A stretch of 64,000 nt of DNA from Dehalococcoidia bacterium (lineage in GTDB: Bacteria > Chloroflexota > Dehalococcoidia > GIF9 > UBA5629): positions 1 through 64,000 of the forward strand of contig JBEKIW010000001.1 of assembly GCA_050011565.1 (NCBI GenBank), given 5' to 3'. This document shows positions 1-10,996 of the stretch, one piece after another (positions within the stretch are counted from its first letter, which is position 1; the number at the start of each line of letters is the position of its first letter). The position numbers were made by a program, and so were the translations under genes. The notes under the pieces were generated by a model. The model was not told the origin of the DNA. It worked only from the letters and a program-made list of their open reading frames with translations, and did no database searches.

Positions 1-226
1 CAACCGGACCTCATCAATATGCCGGAACAATTATAACAAACTTATGATCAAGTTACCTCGTGTCGCATGTTAATTTAAGGAATGTATCTTGGCGTCAATT
101 AGGAAAAGAAGATTGCACAAAAGTCAGAATTGTTAAGCATCTATTTAGAGTGGCCGAACAAGAATGAGCTATAATCAATCAAGAATTGTAATAGCCAATT
201 CTTTCTTCTATCCAATCGATTCTGAT

Positions 227-646
227 ATGAAAAGAGTCAATAAGAAGTCCACTAAGGCAACAGTGACCAACTGGCTTAAAGTCATAGTGTTTCTGCTAGA
301 CGACGTGATAGCACTAATTATCATCATATTAATATTACACTTTCTAAAAATCCAGATCCCTTTACCCATTATCATCACTGAGGCAATACTGCTTGGTATC
401 CTTCTGTTCATAATACACAGAGCCATCATACCGGATTTTCGAAGAAAGCCAGTTACAGGACAAGAGGGAATGCTAGGCCTGCAAGGCAGCGTGATTAAAA
501 CGCTGAGCCCTATTGGCACTGTTATCGTTGAAGGGGAGCATTGGAAAGCCAAATCTGCTGATGGCGACGTAATACGAACCGATGAAAGTATCGAAGTTGT
601 GGGAGTTGATAGACTAACTTTATTAGTCAGGCGTAAGCCTAAATAA
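227..646 (+). CDS. NfeD-like membrane protein with C-terminal OB-fold
   Basis: Two TM helices followed by PVTGQEGMLG...G.V.VEGEHWKA...VEVVGVDRLTLLV, typical of the NfeD C-terminal domain; start taken at Met22 of the ORF. Confidence 0.8.
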   Translation: MKRVNKKSTKATVTNWLKVIVFLLDDVIALIIIILILHFLKIQIPLPIIITEAILLGILLFIIHRAIIPDFRRKPVTGQEGMLGLQGSVIKTLSPIGTVIVEGEHWKAKSADGDVIRTDESIEVVGVDRLTLLVRRKPK

Positions 647-833
647 AATTTGGCATCATCCGGCCTAGATTCATTGAGATTAAACAACAATAAAGTTCGT
701 TCACCTTTACCCAACCGTTTATATACCTTATGCTAACTGTTTTGGCTTGTGGATGACCTTTGATCTCGTTCCTAACCGTGAAACCTATTGTGGTTTTACT
801 ACTAGAACGAGTGTAGAATATTTATGGATACAA

Positions 834-1256
834 ATGATGGTTATCTGGAGAGTGCTGGCAGATGTGGTCATGTACCTCCATATCCTTCTCCCGATCCTTT
901 TAGTTGGGGTTGTAGTGTTTAGTCTATTTAGGGAGGTGGGCTTCCAATGGCGGCTTCTCTGCTATGTGGGCGTGGGAATGTGGGTTATCATGGAAATTGC
1001 ACCTAAATTCGGGTGGACTAAGAATTGCCCACTCACTGATTTAGAATACTCATTAAGAAGGCTTTATGACCCAAGTGAGAGTTGGGTAAGAACTACGTCA
1101 CTGCCAGCAACGGTTATATTCAATATTAGCCGGATTGAAGTACCAGAATTCATATTTACAGTTGTTTTCGGCATCTTCTTGGCTACAGTGGTAGGCATTG
1201 TTATTGCCAGAACAATAACACAAAGAAGATTAGCAAGAAACGGACCTGACAGATAA
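834..1256 (+). CDS. DUF2784-family membrane protein
   Basis: LADVVMYLH ... CPLTDLEYSLRR motif plus hydrophobic segments; start uncertain. Confidence 0.65.
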   Translation: MMVIWRVLADVVMYLHILLPILLVGVVVFSLFREVGFQWRLLCYVGVGMWVIMEIAPKFGWTKNCPLTDLEYSLRRLYDPSESWVRTTSLPATVIFNISRIEVPEFIFTVVFGIFLATVVGIVIARTITQRRLARNGPDR

Positions 1257-1493
1257 GTACGTAAATCGTCGGCGAAAACGGGATACAATTCGTCAGATTG
1301 TTAATAGGCTAAAGTTGGACCATTTGATTCTGGCGGCGATTCAATAATTGATGGCATTGGGATATTGAGGGGGAATTTATGATTATGTCTTGCTTTTTTA
1401 TAGACCAAACTGACCGATTCTTAGCCTTTGTTTTGGTTTAGGGTGTATGTCTGAAAAACTGATGCAATGAGAGGCCATTGCAAGATCTCCAAT

Positions 1494-1526
1494 CTTAATC
1501 ATTTTTGAACATTTCCCATCTATAAT
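1494..1526 (+). promoter_or_regulatory. Putative OmpR/PhoB-type tandem site plus -10 box
   Basis: CTTAATCATTTTTGAACA, 9 nt, TATAAT; same geometry as 5696-5728. Confidence 0.45.
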
Positions 1527-1608
1527 AACCAGTAAGAGGTTTGAGATTTCTGGAACAGGCAATAAACAGATTCTGGGAACGTCTAGTAAACACTAATCTG
1601 GAGGTACC

Positions 1609-2331
1609 ATGATGAAGCATAGATTGATCCGGGCAGCAGCAACCTTGCTTGGCACCCTGTCGATTATAGCACTTGCTTCCTGTGGAGCAGCGGCATCGCC
1701 CTCTTCTACGCCCAGCACAACTGCACCACCAACATCACCATCGACTCCTAATCAATACCGGGGACGTGGTCCCGGCGCCAGCGGTACACTGACCAGGATA
1801 GACAGCAACACCTTGACCTTGACGACTTCTCAAGGGACAGTGACGGTGAACATAGACTCGAACACCACCATTCAGAAGACTATAACTGGCGCTCTTCCTG
1901 ACCTTCAAGAAGGCAAGTCTTTATTCGTCATGGGAAATCCTGACGCCAGCGGTAATATTTCTGCTACCTCTATCCAAATTCAGCCGCAGGGCTGGAGCTC
2001 TCCATCGGCACCACCTGCCGGCAATAGAGTACCCTCAAATCATAGCGGAACCCGAAATCCCGAGCAGCGTCAAGGGGCCATGGGTACCCTCTCTAAAATT
2101 GACGGCAACATCTTGACTTTGACCACATCGCAGGGGACAGCGACAGTGAGCGTCGACCCCGATACCACCATCCAGGAGACCGTGACCGGCAGCATTTCGG
2201 ACCTTCAGGAGGGCCAGTCTTTGTCCGTCATTGGAAGCCGGGATGCCAATGGCAACATTAGTGCCACTTCCATACACATCCAGCCACCGGGCCAGAATGC
2301 TCCGCCGGGCGCGCCTGCCGGAGCCCAGTAA
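1609..2331 (+). CDS. Lipoprotein with two DUF5666-like domains
   Basis: GGAGG RBS, lipobox LASC, Pro/Ser/Thr linker, two internal repeats (GTL..ID.N.LTLTTSQGT.TV..D..TTIQ.T.TG...DLQEG.SL.V.G..DA.GNISATSI.IQP). Confidence 0.75.
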   Translation: MMKHRLIRAAATLLGTLSIIALASCGAAASPSSTPSTTAPPTSPSTPNQYRGRGPGASGTLTRIDSNTLTLTTSQGTVTVNIDSNTTIQKTITGALPDLQEGKSLFVMGNPDASGNISATSIQIQPQGWSSPSAPPAGNRVPSNHSGTRNPEQRQGAMGTLSKIDGNILTLTTSQGTATVSVDPDTTIQETVTGSISDLQEGQSLSVIGSRDANGNISATSIHIQPPGQNAPPGAPAGAQ

Positions 2332-2391
2332 CCGAAGGTACCACTCGTATCATTGTCATTGCCAATAATTCCGAGATGGATTGGGTAAGCT

Positions 2392-5300
2392 TTAACGAGT
2401 CCTGAAGATGAGGAGGAGGATTACCAGCACAAGTATGCTATCGACAGCAATGAGCACCCAGACCCATATTGGAGTACCTGGAACATTGACAGGCAGAGGC
2501 GAAGCCGGAGCTCCTTGGGTCTGAAAGACGAAGGTGGCACTCCAATCACTGGGCGCGGGTTCAAGGGCCATCACGTGCCAGTAGTAGCCGGTGCCGTAGT
2601 CCAGCGTACCTTCATACTCGTAGGCACTGGTGTCGGCTGCATCATCAGCCAGGACCTGAGTCATGGCAGCATCCTTTGCCAGCGCAAACTCGTATTTCGT
2701 GGTCTCCTTGTATGGAGCCCAGGAAAACGAAGCGTGTTCTACGGGGCAGCCCACACAGCCGTTGTCGGGCGACAATAGCTTAGGACCATAATAGTCAGTC
2801 CTGACAGGCAGCCCTGCCTTAACAGTAAAGCTGTTGATTTCAGACCACGGACTCCTAATAATCTCCCCAGTAGTTGCCTGCCTTGTCCTGGCCCTCCAGT
2901 AGTATATATGGCCACATTCAAAATTGCCCCAATTTGCGATTTCAGAGGCCGATGTTGGGACTATTCCACCGGCAGGGAAGAAGGCCGCCGGTGCCGTTAG
3001 GTCTACAGGGATGATATGGTCGTTCTCAACTACCTGTATTGAGAACTGGTCATCTTTTGCAATCTGGATTTCATACTGATTGGACAGCGATAATTGCTCC
3101 CAGTCGATGTTAATCTCCTGATTTCTGCCGCTAACCGGGTCACAGCCAACTTGCTCGGGACCATTTATTACCGGCCCCACTTTGCAGATATTGTCGTCAA
3201 ACCTGTATATAAGCATATTGGCAAAATCAACAGCCCATGCCACATTTTGGTTGACGTCGCTAGCCAACTTGAGTGATGGCATAGTATTGGGGAAAATGAT
3301 TGTAGGATCAAAGGAAGTTGGCTCAGCTAATGGTATAGATGGCAGTACAGGTAACGTGCGGTTTAGAACATCGAATTCAATTTGCCAAACATAGGAATGA
3401 CTGGGGTTTAGAGACCTGTCCATACCTCCACCACCGCTACCGGTGACAATATCTGACCGCAGTGCATAAAGTGTGCCTTCATTACCCATACCCAGGCCGC
3501 AGATGCGCTGGTTTGTGCCAAGGTCAGTAATTTGCTTATCGATTTGCTCCCATTCGGTGGAAGTGCCGATAGTCCAGCGCCAGATTCCATCATCAGTGAC
3601 GTTGCCAGCAGCATAGATAAGCTTATTTTTGTCATAGTTAGCATCCGCCACTACCTGCACGTCGCCTGCGTGAGAGCCTATGGGTTTGTCGATTTCAGCG
3701 AAGCTAGTACCATTATCCGTGGAATAAGCTACCCTGCTATCCCTGCTGCCGGCTAGAATATTTCCTTTGCCGACAACGGTCAACATGTTGATTTCAGAAG
3801 CGCTGTCGGGAAAACAGCTCACCGGTGGGCTTAGCCAAGCAGCGCCGTTAGTGGTATTCTTGCGTATATAGCCACCCGGCAGGGCAACGTATAGAGTGTC
3901 TTTGTCTTCCACGGCTACATCAATTATGTGCGACGGGCCGTTTAGTTTCTGCCAGGTATTTCCCCTGGTATGCGACACCGCCATAAGGCTACTGCTGCCC
4001 GTACTGTGCACCTCGGCCACATAAATAGTATAGTCTGTGGCGTAATCGGGACTTAGCCGCAGGATTATCCTATCCGAAGTAGTGTATATAGTAAACAAGC
4101 GGCCCCAAAAGCTGCCCAGAGGCTCTCCGGCAGTCCGCCAGACGCTCTCAGGGCCGAAACCGCTATACGATGCCAGGAAGAAGCTCTTGGAATCCGGTGC
4201 CGGAGCGATATCCGAGATATTGATTATTGTATTGATTAGGCTGGTCTGCTCCCAGGTATCGCCGTTGTCAACGCTCCGCGAGAAAGCGCTCTCGTCATTG
4301 TTATGTACACCTGTTTGGCCGGTACCACAGAAAGCCACGGTGCCGTCATAGCTCCAGGCCACTTCCGCATTGCCCGGACCGGTAGGCGGTTGAGTGGCTG
4401 TCAGCCAGGATGTAGGAGCGGGGGTGTCAAAAGGGCCGCTGAGCCGCCGCACCTGAGTGGTATACGGAGGTGTCGGATTAACATCGCCAGCGATGACCTT
4501 GCCCAAGGCTAATGTCCCGTAGTAGGCAACATTTCGTATATCGATGGGAGCACCACCACCGGCATCGAGCCTGAGAACCTGGGTTGACGCTGTGTCATCT
4601 ATTCGATAGACATCACTATTGGCAATCATGAGGAACGGCTGCCTGTCGTAGCTCACCAGAACTTTCCTCGATGCTGTATCATTCCCTCTATAGTCCGACG
4701 GCAGGGCTATAGACGAAGCAATACCCGTTACTACAAAATCATCGCCAAACGAATCAATTTCCACCGGATAACCAGTAAAGTAGGGACTATTACTATTCCA
4801 CAAAGTTGTTTGCGCCGAAAGGTCTCTTTGTCCGGCACATAACCAGGTTTTTTTTTGGTAAATCGCCGTGACATCAGCAGCAGCAGTCGAAGCCACGGCC
4901 AGAATCGTTCCCTCATCGGTATAGTTTGGTGAGAAGGCGATTGCCGATACTTCGGCACCGATGTGTGCGGGATCAACGATGATACTCGTGTTCTGCCAGG
5001 CGCTGGTCCATCCGCCCATCTTGAGCATCCACATTTGCCCGTCGGTAGTAATATTGCCCCAGGTTGCGGTACCTATGGCGATGTCACATACCACGTTAGA
5101 GCCACTAGTATACGTCGTGGATATAGTGATACACTGGATAGTTCCGGTAAGGACAGGTACGTTAGTATTTTTCCAGGTAGCGCCATTGTCGGTGGATGCA
5201 TATACATTAGTATCTACGTCGGTAACCACAGCCACATACTGCGGCTGGTTCGGGGCACAGGCAATTTTGGTAGCCGGTAATGTAGCACCGGCATGTAAAA

Positions 5301-5610
5301 TAGCGGCTGTTATATCAAGCCAGGTCAAACCTGCATTGGTACTCCTGTATACCCTGTCGTTGGCACTATCTACAGCATATAAGATATTGCCCTGCCCAAG
5401 GGCTATAGCGCTCACTTCCGATGGATTCACCACAATGTTACCGTTTGTACCGGGTTTATCAACCTGCGCCCACTTGAGGACTGCAGATGACTGCGCTTGA
5501 GCCAGCGGCGATGCAGCTATAAGTACCAGCACTGGCAGTAACAGCAAGGCTAATACGTAGGGGCCTATCTTTGTTCTCTTTATTTTTTCTATCTGGGAGT
5601 CCTCAACCAA
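2392..5610 (-). CDS. Large secreted BNR/Asp-box beta-propeller protein with Fn3-like domains and C-terminal membrane anchor (S-layer-like)
   Basis: Signal peptide, several S.D.G.TW Asp-boxes, C-terminal PIWVWVLI...LIFRTR anchor, resembling Dehalococcoidia S-layer proteins. Confidence 0.7.
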   Translation of the reverse strand: MVEDSQIEKIKRTKIGPYVLALLLLPVLVLIAASPLAQAQSSAVLKWAQVDKPGTNGNIVVNPSEVSAIALGQGNILYAVDSANDRVYRSTNAGLTWLDITAAILHAGATLPATKIACAPNQPQYVAVVTDVDTNVYASTDNGATWKNTNVPVLTGTIQCITISTTYTSGSNVVCDIAIGTATWGNITTDGQMWMLKMGGWTSAWQNTSIIVDPAHIGAEVSAIAFSPNYTDEGTILAVASTAAADVTAIYQKKTWLCAGQRDLSAQTTLWNSNSPYFTGYPVEIDSFGDDFVVTGIASSIALPSDYRGNDTASRKVLVSYDRQPFLMIANSDVYRIDDTASTQVLRLDAGGGAPIDIRNVAYYGTLALGKVIAGDVNPTPPYTTQVRRLSGPFDTPAPTSWLTATQPPTGPGNAEVAWSYDGTVAFCGTGQTGVHNNDESAFSRSVDNGDTWEQTSLINTIINISDIAPAPDSKSFFLASYSGFGPESVWRTAGEPLGSFWGRLFTIYTTSDRIILRLSPDYATDYTIYVAEVHSTGSSSLMAVSHTRGNTWQKLNGPSHIIDVAVEDKDTLYVALPGGYIRKNTTNGAAWLSPPVSCFPDSASEINMLTVVGKGNILAGSRDSRVAYSTDNGTSFAEIDKPIGSHAGDVQVVADANYDKNKLIYAAGNVTDDGIWRWTIGTSTEWEQIDKQITDLGTNQRICGLGMGNEGTLYALRSDIVTGSGGGGMDRSLNPSHSYVWQIEFDVLNRTLPVLPSIPLAEPTSFDPTIIFPNTMPSLKLASDVNQNVAWAVDFANMLIYRFDDNICKVGPVINGPEQVGCDPVSGRNQEINIDWEQLSLSNQYEIQIAKDDQFSIQVVENDHIIPVDLTAPAAFFPAGGIVPTSASEIANWGNFECGHIYYWRARTRQATTGEIIRSPWSEINSFTVKAGLPVRTDYYGPKLLSPDNGCVGCPVEHASFSWAPYKETTKYEFALAKDAAMTQVLADDAADTSAYEYEGTLDYGTGYYWHVMALEPAPSDWSATFVFQTQGAPASPLPVNVPGTPIWVWVLIAVDSILVLVILLLIFRTR

Positions 5611-5695
5611 GAAATAATCTGGAGACCAAGCCCGATTAATGGTACAACTAAAATATTAATTTCTTATTAACATCGGACGTTCACGAACCTCAGAC

Positions 5696-5728
5696 CTTAA
5701 TGAGATTTTAACAATTTTTGATTATACT
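5696..5728 (+). promoter_or_regulatory. Putative OmpR/PhoB-type tandem site plus -10 box
   Basis: CTTAATGAGATTTTAACA, 9 nt, TATACT upstream of the MacA-like gene. Confidence 0.45.
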
Positions 5729-5784
5729 ATAGCGATGATGAACTTAGTATTAATTGTGCAACATGAAAGAAAAAAGATAAAATA

Positions 5785-7152
5785 GTGAAAATGTACAAGG
5801 CGATAATTGCCGCCATACTGATCACGGTTCTTGGTATTCTCTCTCTGAGCTGCAAAGCTAAAACCGACTCGGCCGCCGCAAACCAGGTCGCTGAGGTTCA
5901 ACGCGGGAATCTCAATATCAATATCCTGGCCAGCGGAAATCTGAAGACATCCCACGAGGAAAACATGGCGTTTTACTCGCCAGGTACAGTGGCAGAAGTG
6001 CTGGTGAAAATCGGGGACCATGTAGAGACGGGAACAGTCCTGGCAAAACTTGATACTGCACCCTTGGAGAGTTCCTTGGCGCAGGCAAAGATAAATGTAG
6101 AATCCGCACAAATGAATCTGGAAAATGCGGAGACGCCCAAAACCAATTCCAGCGGGACGCAGGTTATATCAGCGCCCGATCCCTTGGATATAGATATAAA
6201 ACAACTGCAACTAGACAATGCAAAGGCCAACCTGGCTGAGGCGCAAAAGACACTACAAAAGGCTACTATCATTGCTCCTTTCGCCGGGCTAGTCACTAAC
6301 GTAAATGTGGTGCCGGGGGACCAGGTTGCTGCCAATGCCGTCGGGGTGCGTATCATCGACCCGGTAAATTTCCAGACTGACGTACTGGTCAATGAGATGG
6401 AGATATATCAACTGAGCATTGGAACTCCGGCCACTGTAGAGGTTGTTGCACAGCCGGGGTATTCATTTCCGGCCAGGGTGGCGCTCATCGCGGAGAGTCC
6501 CACCATCCAGTCAAATGTGGTGAACTATGATGTGACGGTGCAGATGGACCCGGTGGGTACAACAGTCAGTCAAAATCAAACAACATCGCGTATACCTTCG
6601 GATAATACCACGACGCGTGTCAGGCCTTTAAATACGGGGAGTTCGCCATCCACCACGCAACCATCTACCGGGCAACAATCCGATAATCGGACAGCGCTCC
6701 GTAATCAGGCAGTCTCTGATAATCAGACCAGCGGGCAGCGGTCTACCAGACGAACGTATACCGGGCAGACGTCAGCCGCGTCGGGGCAGGGGCAAGCTCC
6801 GGTTGTGCTCCCCGAAGGCTTCAGGTTGAGAGAAGGACTTACAGTTACCATAAGCATCATAACCGATGAGAGAACCAATATTTTACTCGTGCCCAACAAG
6901 GCAATAACCAGCCGTGTCGGTAAATATTATGTTCAGGTGGTATCGTCACCAGGAGTTACCCAAGAGCGCATGATACAGGCCGGCATCACAGACGGGCAAA
7001 ATACTGAAGTCATCAGCGGGCTCAGCGAGGGCGACCAGGTGTCTATCGCGAATAATGCTGCATCAACAACAACGACGTCTACGAGCACCCAGCAGAGGAC
7101 GCAAACGCCGGCGCTTCCCGGCGGAGTACGCATACCGGGCGTCACCAGATGA
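5785..7152 (+). CDS. MacA/HlyD-like periplasmic adaptor (lipoprotein)
   Basis: Lipoyl-like motifs G.V.EVLVK.GD.V..G..LA.LD and IIAPFAG.V..V.V..GD.V, coiled hairpin, low-complexity insert. Confidence 0.85.
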   Translation: MKMYKAIIAAILITVLGILSLSCKAKTDSAAANQVAEVQRGNLNINILASGNLKTSHEENMAFYSPGTVAEVLVKIGDHVETGTVLAKLDTAPLESSLAQAKINVESAQMNLENAETPKTNSSGTQVISAPDPLDIDIKQLQLDNAKANLAEAQKTLQKATIIAPFAGLVTNVNVVPGDQVAANAVGVRIIDPVNFQTDVLVNEMEIYQLSIGTPATVEVVAQPGYSFPARVALIAESPTIQSNVVNYDVTVQMDPVGTTVSQNQTTSRIPSDNTTTRVRPLNTGSSPSTTQPSTGQQSDNRTALRNQAVSDNQTSGQRSTRRTYTGQTSAASGQGQAPVVLPEGFRLREGLTVTISIITDERTNILLVPNKAITSRVGKYYVQVVSSPGVTQERMIQAGITDGQNTEVISGLSEGDQVSIANNAASTTTTSTSTQQRTQTPALPGGVRIPGVTR

Positions 7153-7817
7153 TTCAATTACAGGATATAACAAAAATATATCCCATCGGCAATAGAGAAC
7201 TACATGTACTAGATGGCGTAAGTTTCACTATTGAAACAGGTGAGCTGGTTGCGATTATGGGGCCGTCAGGCTCCGGAAAGTCGACTATACTCAATCTCTT
7301 AGGTTGCCTGGACATACCCACTTCGGGCAGTTATTATCTCGATGGGCAGGAAGTAAGCCGGCTAACTAGCAAAGAACTTGCTCATATCAGGGCACAAAAG
7401 ATCGGATTTGTTTTTCAGCAATTTAACCTTCTGCCCAGGCTGTCAGCGCTGTCCAACGTCAAATTAGGATTGGAATACGCTGGCGCCGATGATTTCAAGT
7501 CCGCCATGGAATCGCTGACTACTGTGGGGCTTGATGATCGGGCCGATCACCGCCCCACCGAGCTTTCCGGCGGAGAGCAGCAGCGGGTGGCTATCGCGCG
7601 TGCCGTTGCAAAAAAACCCCCTCTGATACTGGCGGATGAACCCACAGGAAACCTGGATAGCCGTTCCGGTGATGAGATAATCTCAATGCTCACAGAGCTA
7701 CACGCCACGCGGAAGATTACCCTGGTAATGGTCACGCATGACCCAAGAATCGCACAGCGTTGTCAACGTATTATTTATATTGAAGACGGCAGAGTAGAAA
7801 AGGATGAAAAAGTATAA
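7149..7817 (+). CDS. ABC transporter ATP-binding protein (MacB/LolD type)
   Basis: [34 protein letters not shown]. Confidence 0.93.
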   Translation: MIQLQDITKIYPIGNRELHVLDGVSFTIETGELVAIMGPSGSGKSTILNLLGCLDIPTSGSYYLDGQEVSRLTSKELAHIRAQKIGFVFQQFNLLPRLSALSNVKLGLEYAGADDFKSAMESLTTVGLDDRADHRPTELSGGEQQRVAIARAVAKKPPLILADEPTGNLDSRSGDEIISMLTELHATRKITLVMVTHDPRIAQRCQRIIYIEDGRVEKDEKV

Positions 7818-9048
7818 AAATCTGTTAAGGCCTTTTGCTAATTCCTGGGTTGGTGTAACGTCGCACAAGCTGCGCAGCCTGTTGACCATTCTCGGCATTG
7901 TAATTGGTGTTTCGGCTGTAATTGCCTTGATGTCTATAGGCAAAGGCGCTGAGGCAGACATACTTGCCAGAATCCAGACTCTGGGGCCAGACCTTATGAT
8001 GATTACGCCGGGATCAAGTATGGGCGCCGGCGGAGTAAGAGGCGCCGCAGGTAGTTCCACCACACTGACTATGGAAGACGCCACAGCGATAGCTGATAAA
8101 ACAGACCTTGTCTCATCTGTGGCTCCGATTTTTTCTAGAAATCTACAGTTGATTGCCGGCAGCCAGAATATGAACGCCCAGGTCACCGGGACGAACCCGG
8201 CATACATGCAAACATACAATTTAAATACAATCAGCGGTACCTTCTTCTCCGATTACGACTTTCAACGCGGTACCAGGGTAGCCGTGCTGGGCTCTACAGT
8301 GGCGCAAACAATGTATGGTAACAACGATCCATTGGGGACAGACTTGCGCATTGGCACTATTATCGTGCGCGTTATTGGAGTCCTGGCAAGCAAAGGATCC
8401 ATAAGCGGTTCACCGGATAATATGGTATTCATTCCATTGAGCGCCATGCAACAGGCAGTAGCCCAACAGCGAACTCCGCGTGGTGAGCAGGTCATATCAT
8501 CTATTTCTCTGAAAGTAAATGATTTGAATAATGCCGACAAAGCGGTCCAGGAAATCACAGACCTGCTGCGTACACGTCACCGGCTTATACAATCAGCGGC
8601 AAACGATTTTACTGTTACTTCGATGCAAGAAGTGGCCAGTACAGTTGCAAACACAATGGCAACAACGACCATGCTGCTGGGTGCAATTGCCGCGATTTCC
8701 CTGCTAGTCGGTGGCATTGGTGTGATGAACATTATGCTTGTTTCAGTACTAGAGAGAACTAGGGAGATAGGCATCCGCAAAGCACTAGGGGCCAAGGACA
8801 GCGATATATGGATTCAATTTCTCATAGAGTCGGCATTTCTTTCCCTTGCCGGCGGCATCATCGGGGTTATCCTTGGGTGGGGAGTGGCATTCGGCATGTC
8901 CACTATGGGGTCTATGCATACCCTAGTCAGTGCTGATATTGTCATCCTCGCGGTTTCAGTATCGGTCTGCATTGGCTTGTTCTTTGGCTTTTACCCTGCC
9001 TGGCAGGCATCACGGCTCAATCCGATTGAAGCCCTAAGACATGAGTAA
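7804..9048 (+). CDS. ABC transporter permease (MacB/FtsX type)
   Basis: LRSLLTILGIVIGV, GGIGVMNIMLVSVLERTREIGIRKALGA, PAWQASRLNPIEALR. Confidence 0.93.
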   Translation: MKKYKNLLRPFANSWVGVTSHKLRSLLTILGIVIGVSAVIALMSIGKGAEADILARIQTLGPDLMMITPGSSMGAGGVRGAAGSSTTLTMEDATAIADKTDLVSSVAPIFSRNLQLIAGSQNMNAQVTGTNPAYMQTYNLNTISGTFFSDYDFQRGTRVAVLGSTVAQTMYGNNDPLGTDLRIGTIIVRVIGVLASKGSISGSPDNMVFIPLSAMQQAVAQQRTPRGEQVISSISLKVNDLNNADKAVQEITDLLRTRHRLIQSAANDFTVTSMQEVASTVANTMATTTMLLGAIAAISLLVGGIGVMNIMLVSVLERTREIGIRKALGAKDSDIWIQFLIESAFLSLAGGIIGVILGWGVAFGMSTMGSMHTLVSADIVILAVSVSVCIGLFFGFYPAWQASRLNPIEALRHE

Positions 9049-9109
9049 ACTCAAAATCCTTTAGCCAGCCTAACCGTTAAAAAACAAGAGTTTCATAAAC
9101 AACTTTCTA

Positions 9110-9262
9110 CTACACGACAGGCAATATGGAATAGAAGCAGATACCTTTTCCTTCTTCGCTCCGTACTTCCATCTTGCCTCCATGTGCCTCCACCAAGCTC
9201 TTAGCAATAGCTAGGCCCAGGCCCGCACCTCCGGTCGTCCTGATGAACTGGTCAACCTGCAG
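9110..9262 (-). pseudogene. Remnant of a sensor histidine kinase (HATPase_c C-terminal fragment)
   Basis: Minus strand reads [50 protein letters not shown] (G2 box GxGLGL, HGG, GxG); an in-frame stop lies immediately upstream and there is no start for an intact domain. Confidence 0.85.
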
Positions 9263-9670
9263 TTACCAGACTATATAATTGTTTGGTGCATTAGTTTGAA
9301 ACATTTATCTGAGTTAAGTGCATTAATACGCGGAGTTCTTGTCAACGCACATTCTGAGTTCCTGTGCAATCGTGTAATCTGAAGCTAGTATACTAGTCGT
9401 GCTTAAGAAGGACGAATAGCTTGCTTTGGCTGTCTACGAGTAAGGACTATACTACCTACCACCCCCACCAGAAAAGCTGTCATGGTAATGAAAAAGATAC
9501 AATTAGCAATTGTTTCCGGAACCACCTCAAGCACACAATCCATCGGAATGTTGACTCGGTATTGTATGTTGTTACCCAAGCTTGCTGTGCAGCGACCAAT
9601 ACGAATGTAAATTATATCTGCTTGACTGCTAGGTTAGAAGCTCATATACTCAGCTACTACCGAAAGAAGG

Positions 9671-10675
9671 GTGTACGTATCCGTGGAATCAGTTAACTTG
9701 CTTGTAACTACCGCATTGAATGAGGCAAGTCTGCATCAAATTACGAATATCAGCAGCCGAATAAAGCTGATTAACGTTTCGGAACTGGCTCAAGAGGAAA
9801 AAAAGGGTGATGCTGCCGCTAAAAAACAGCTGGATGCTCTTCTGGCTGAGGCCGAGGTAATCTATGGTTTCAGACTTCCTGAGAATGTTACGGCTCGAGC
9901 CCCAAAGTTAAAATGGTTTCAAACGATGTCCGCCGGAGTAGATAGATTCCTGGATGACAAATTCCGGCGAAGCTCCGTGACAATGACTAATGTGAGTGGC
10001 ATTCACGCGATTCCGATCGGTGAATTCGTTCTCGGGCTGATGTTGATGTTTGCCAAACAGGCACCATTAGCTTTCCAGTTGAAGCAGCAGGGACAATGGA
10101 AGCCATTTCTGGCAACGGTATTGCACTCCAAGACTGTGGGAATCGTGGGACTCGGTAATATTGGGCGGGAAGTGGCTCGGCTGGCTAAAGCCTTTGGCAT
10201 GAGGGTAGTGGCCACACGCAGGTCGGCTCGAAAGTCAAGGCGGGCCAGGTATGTTGATAAGCTATTTGCCCCGGACCAGCTATTGCAGTTGCTTTCGCAG
10301 AGCGATTTTGTGGTACTTACCTTACCACTTACGGCTGAGAGTTACAGAATTATAGGTGAGGTGGAGCTACGCAATATGAAGCCCACGGCTTACCTAATTA
10401 ATGTAGCCAGGGGTAATTTAGTTGATGAGGAGGCACTGGTTCACGCCCTGGAAGAGCACCGGATTGCAGGAGCCGGCCTGGACGTTTTCGCCACGGAGCC
10501 ACTCCCGGCAGACAGTCGCCTTTGGGGGCTTTCCAACGTGATCATCAGCCCTCATATTGCCGGCGGCATGGAAGACTATGTTGAACGGGCAACCGCAGTG
10601 TTTTGCGAGAATCTAAGACGATATTTGAGTGGAAGAAGACTACTCAACATTGTGGACAAGAAAAGAGGATACTAA
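9671..10675 (+). CDS. D-2-hydroxyacid dehydrogenase
   Basis: GIVGLGNIG, INVARG, GAGLDVF, ISPHIAG; start approximate. Confidence 0.9.
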   Translation: MYVSVESVNLLVTTALNEASLHQITNISSRIKLINVSELAQEEKKGDAAAKKQLDALLAEAEVIYGFRLPENVTARAPKLKWFQTMSAGVDRFLDDKFRRSSVTMTNVSGIHAIPIGEFVLGLMLMFAKQAPLAFQLKQQGQWKPFLATVLHSKTVGIVGLGNIGREVARLAKAFGMRVVATRRSARKSRRARYVDKLFAPDQLLQLLSQSDFVVLTLPLTAESYRIIGEVELRNMKPTAYLINVARGNLVDEEALVHALEEHRIAGAGLDVFATEPLPADSRLWGLSNVIISPHIAGGMEDYVERATAVFCENLRRYLSGRRLLNIVDKKRGY

Positions 10676-10996
10676 ATACTGAACATTAGGTAAGCCTACT
10701 ATCTTGATACAGATTACATAGTGGTATGGTGTGGCTTGCTGCTATCCTTAACCTCAACTCTTGTTGACTTCATCACGGAGAACACAAATCATCACAACGT
10801 AACATTTCGATGTAATGTGCAGCTACCGAATTTATGAACAATGTTAATTAATTTATGATTTTGGATAAGCTTAGGTAGCATATCAAAAGTTTTCTTTATT
10901 AATAACTATCAGTAATTTAGACCTTCCCTGGTTATCAGTTTTGCCAAGATCTCGTGGCAGGTTTCGGAAACAGAGCTAGCTCGGTGGAGAAAGACC

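Noticed and set aside
9421-9696. 91-aa ORF upstream of the dehydrogenase
   Set aside because: TTG start, no recognisable motif, and it overlaps the next gene and its likely promoter.
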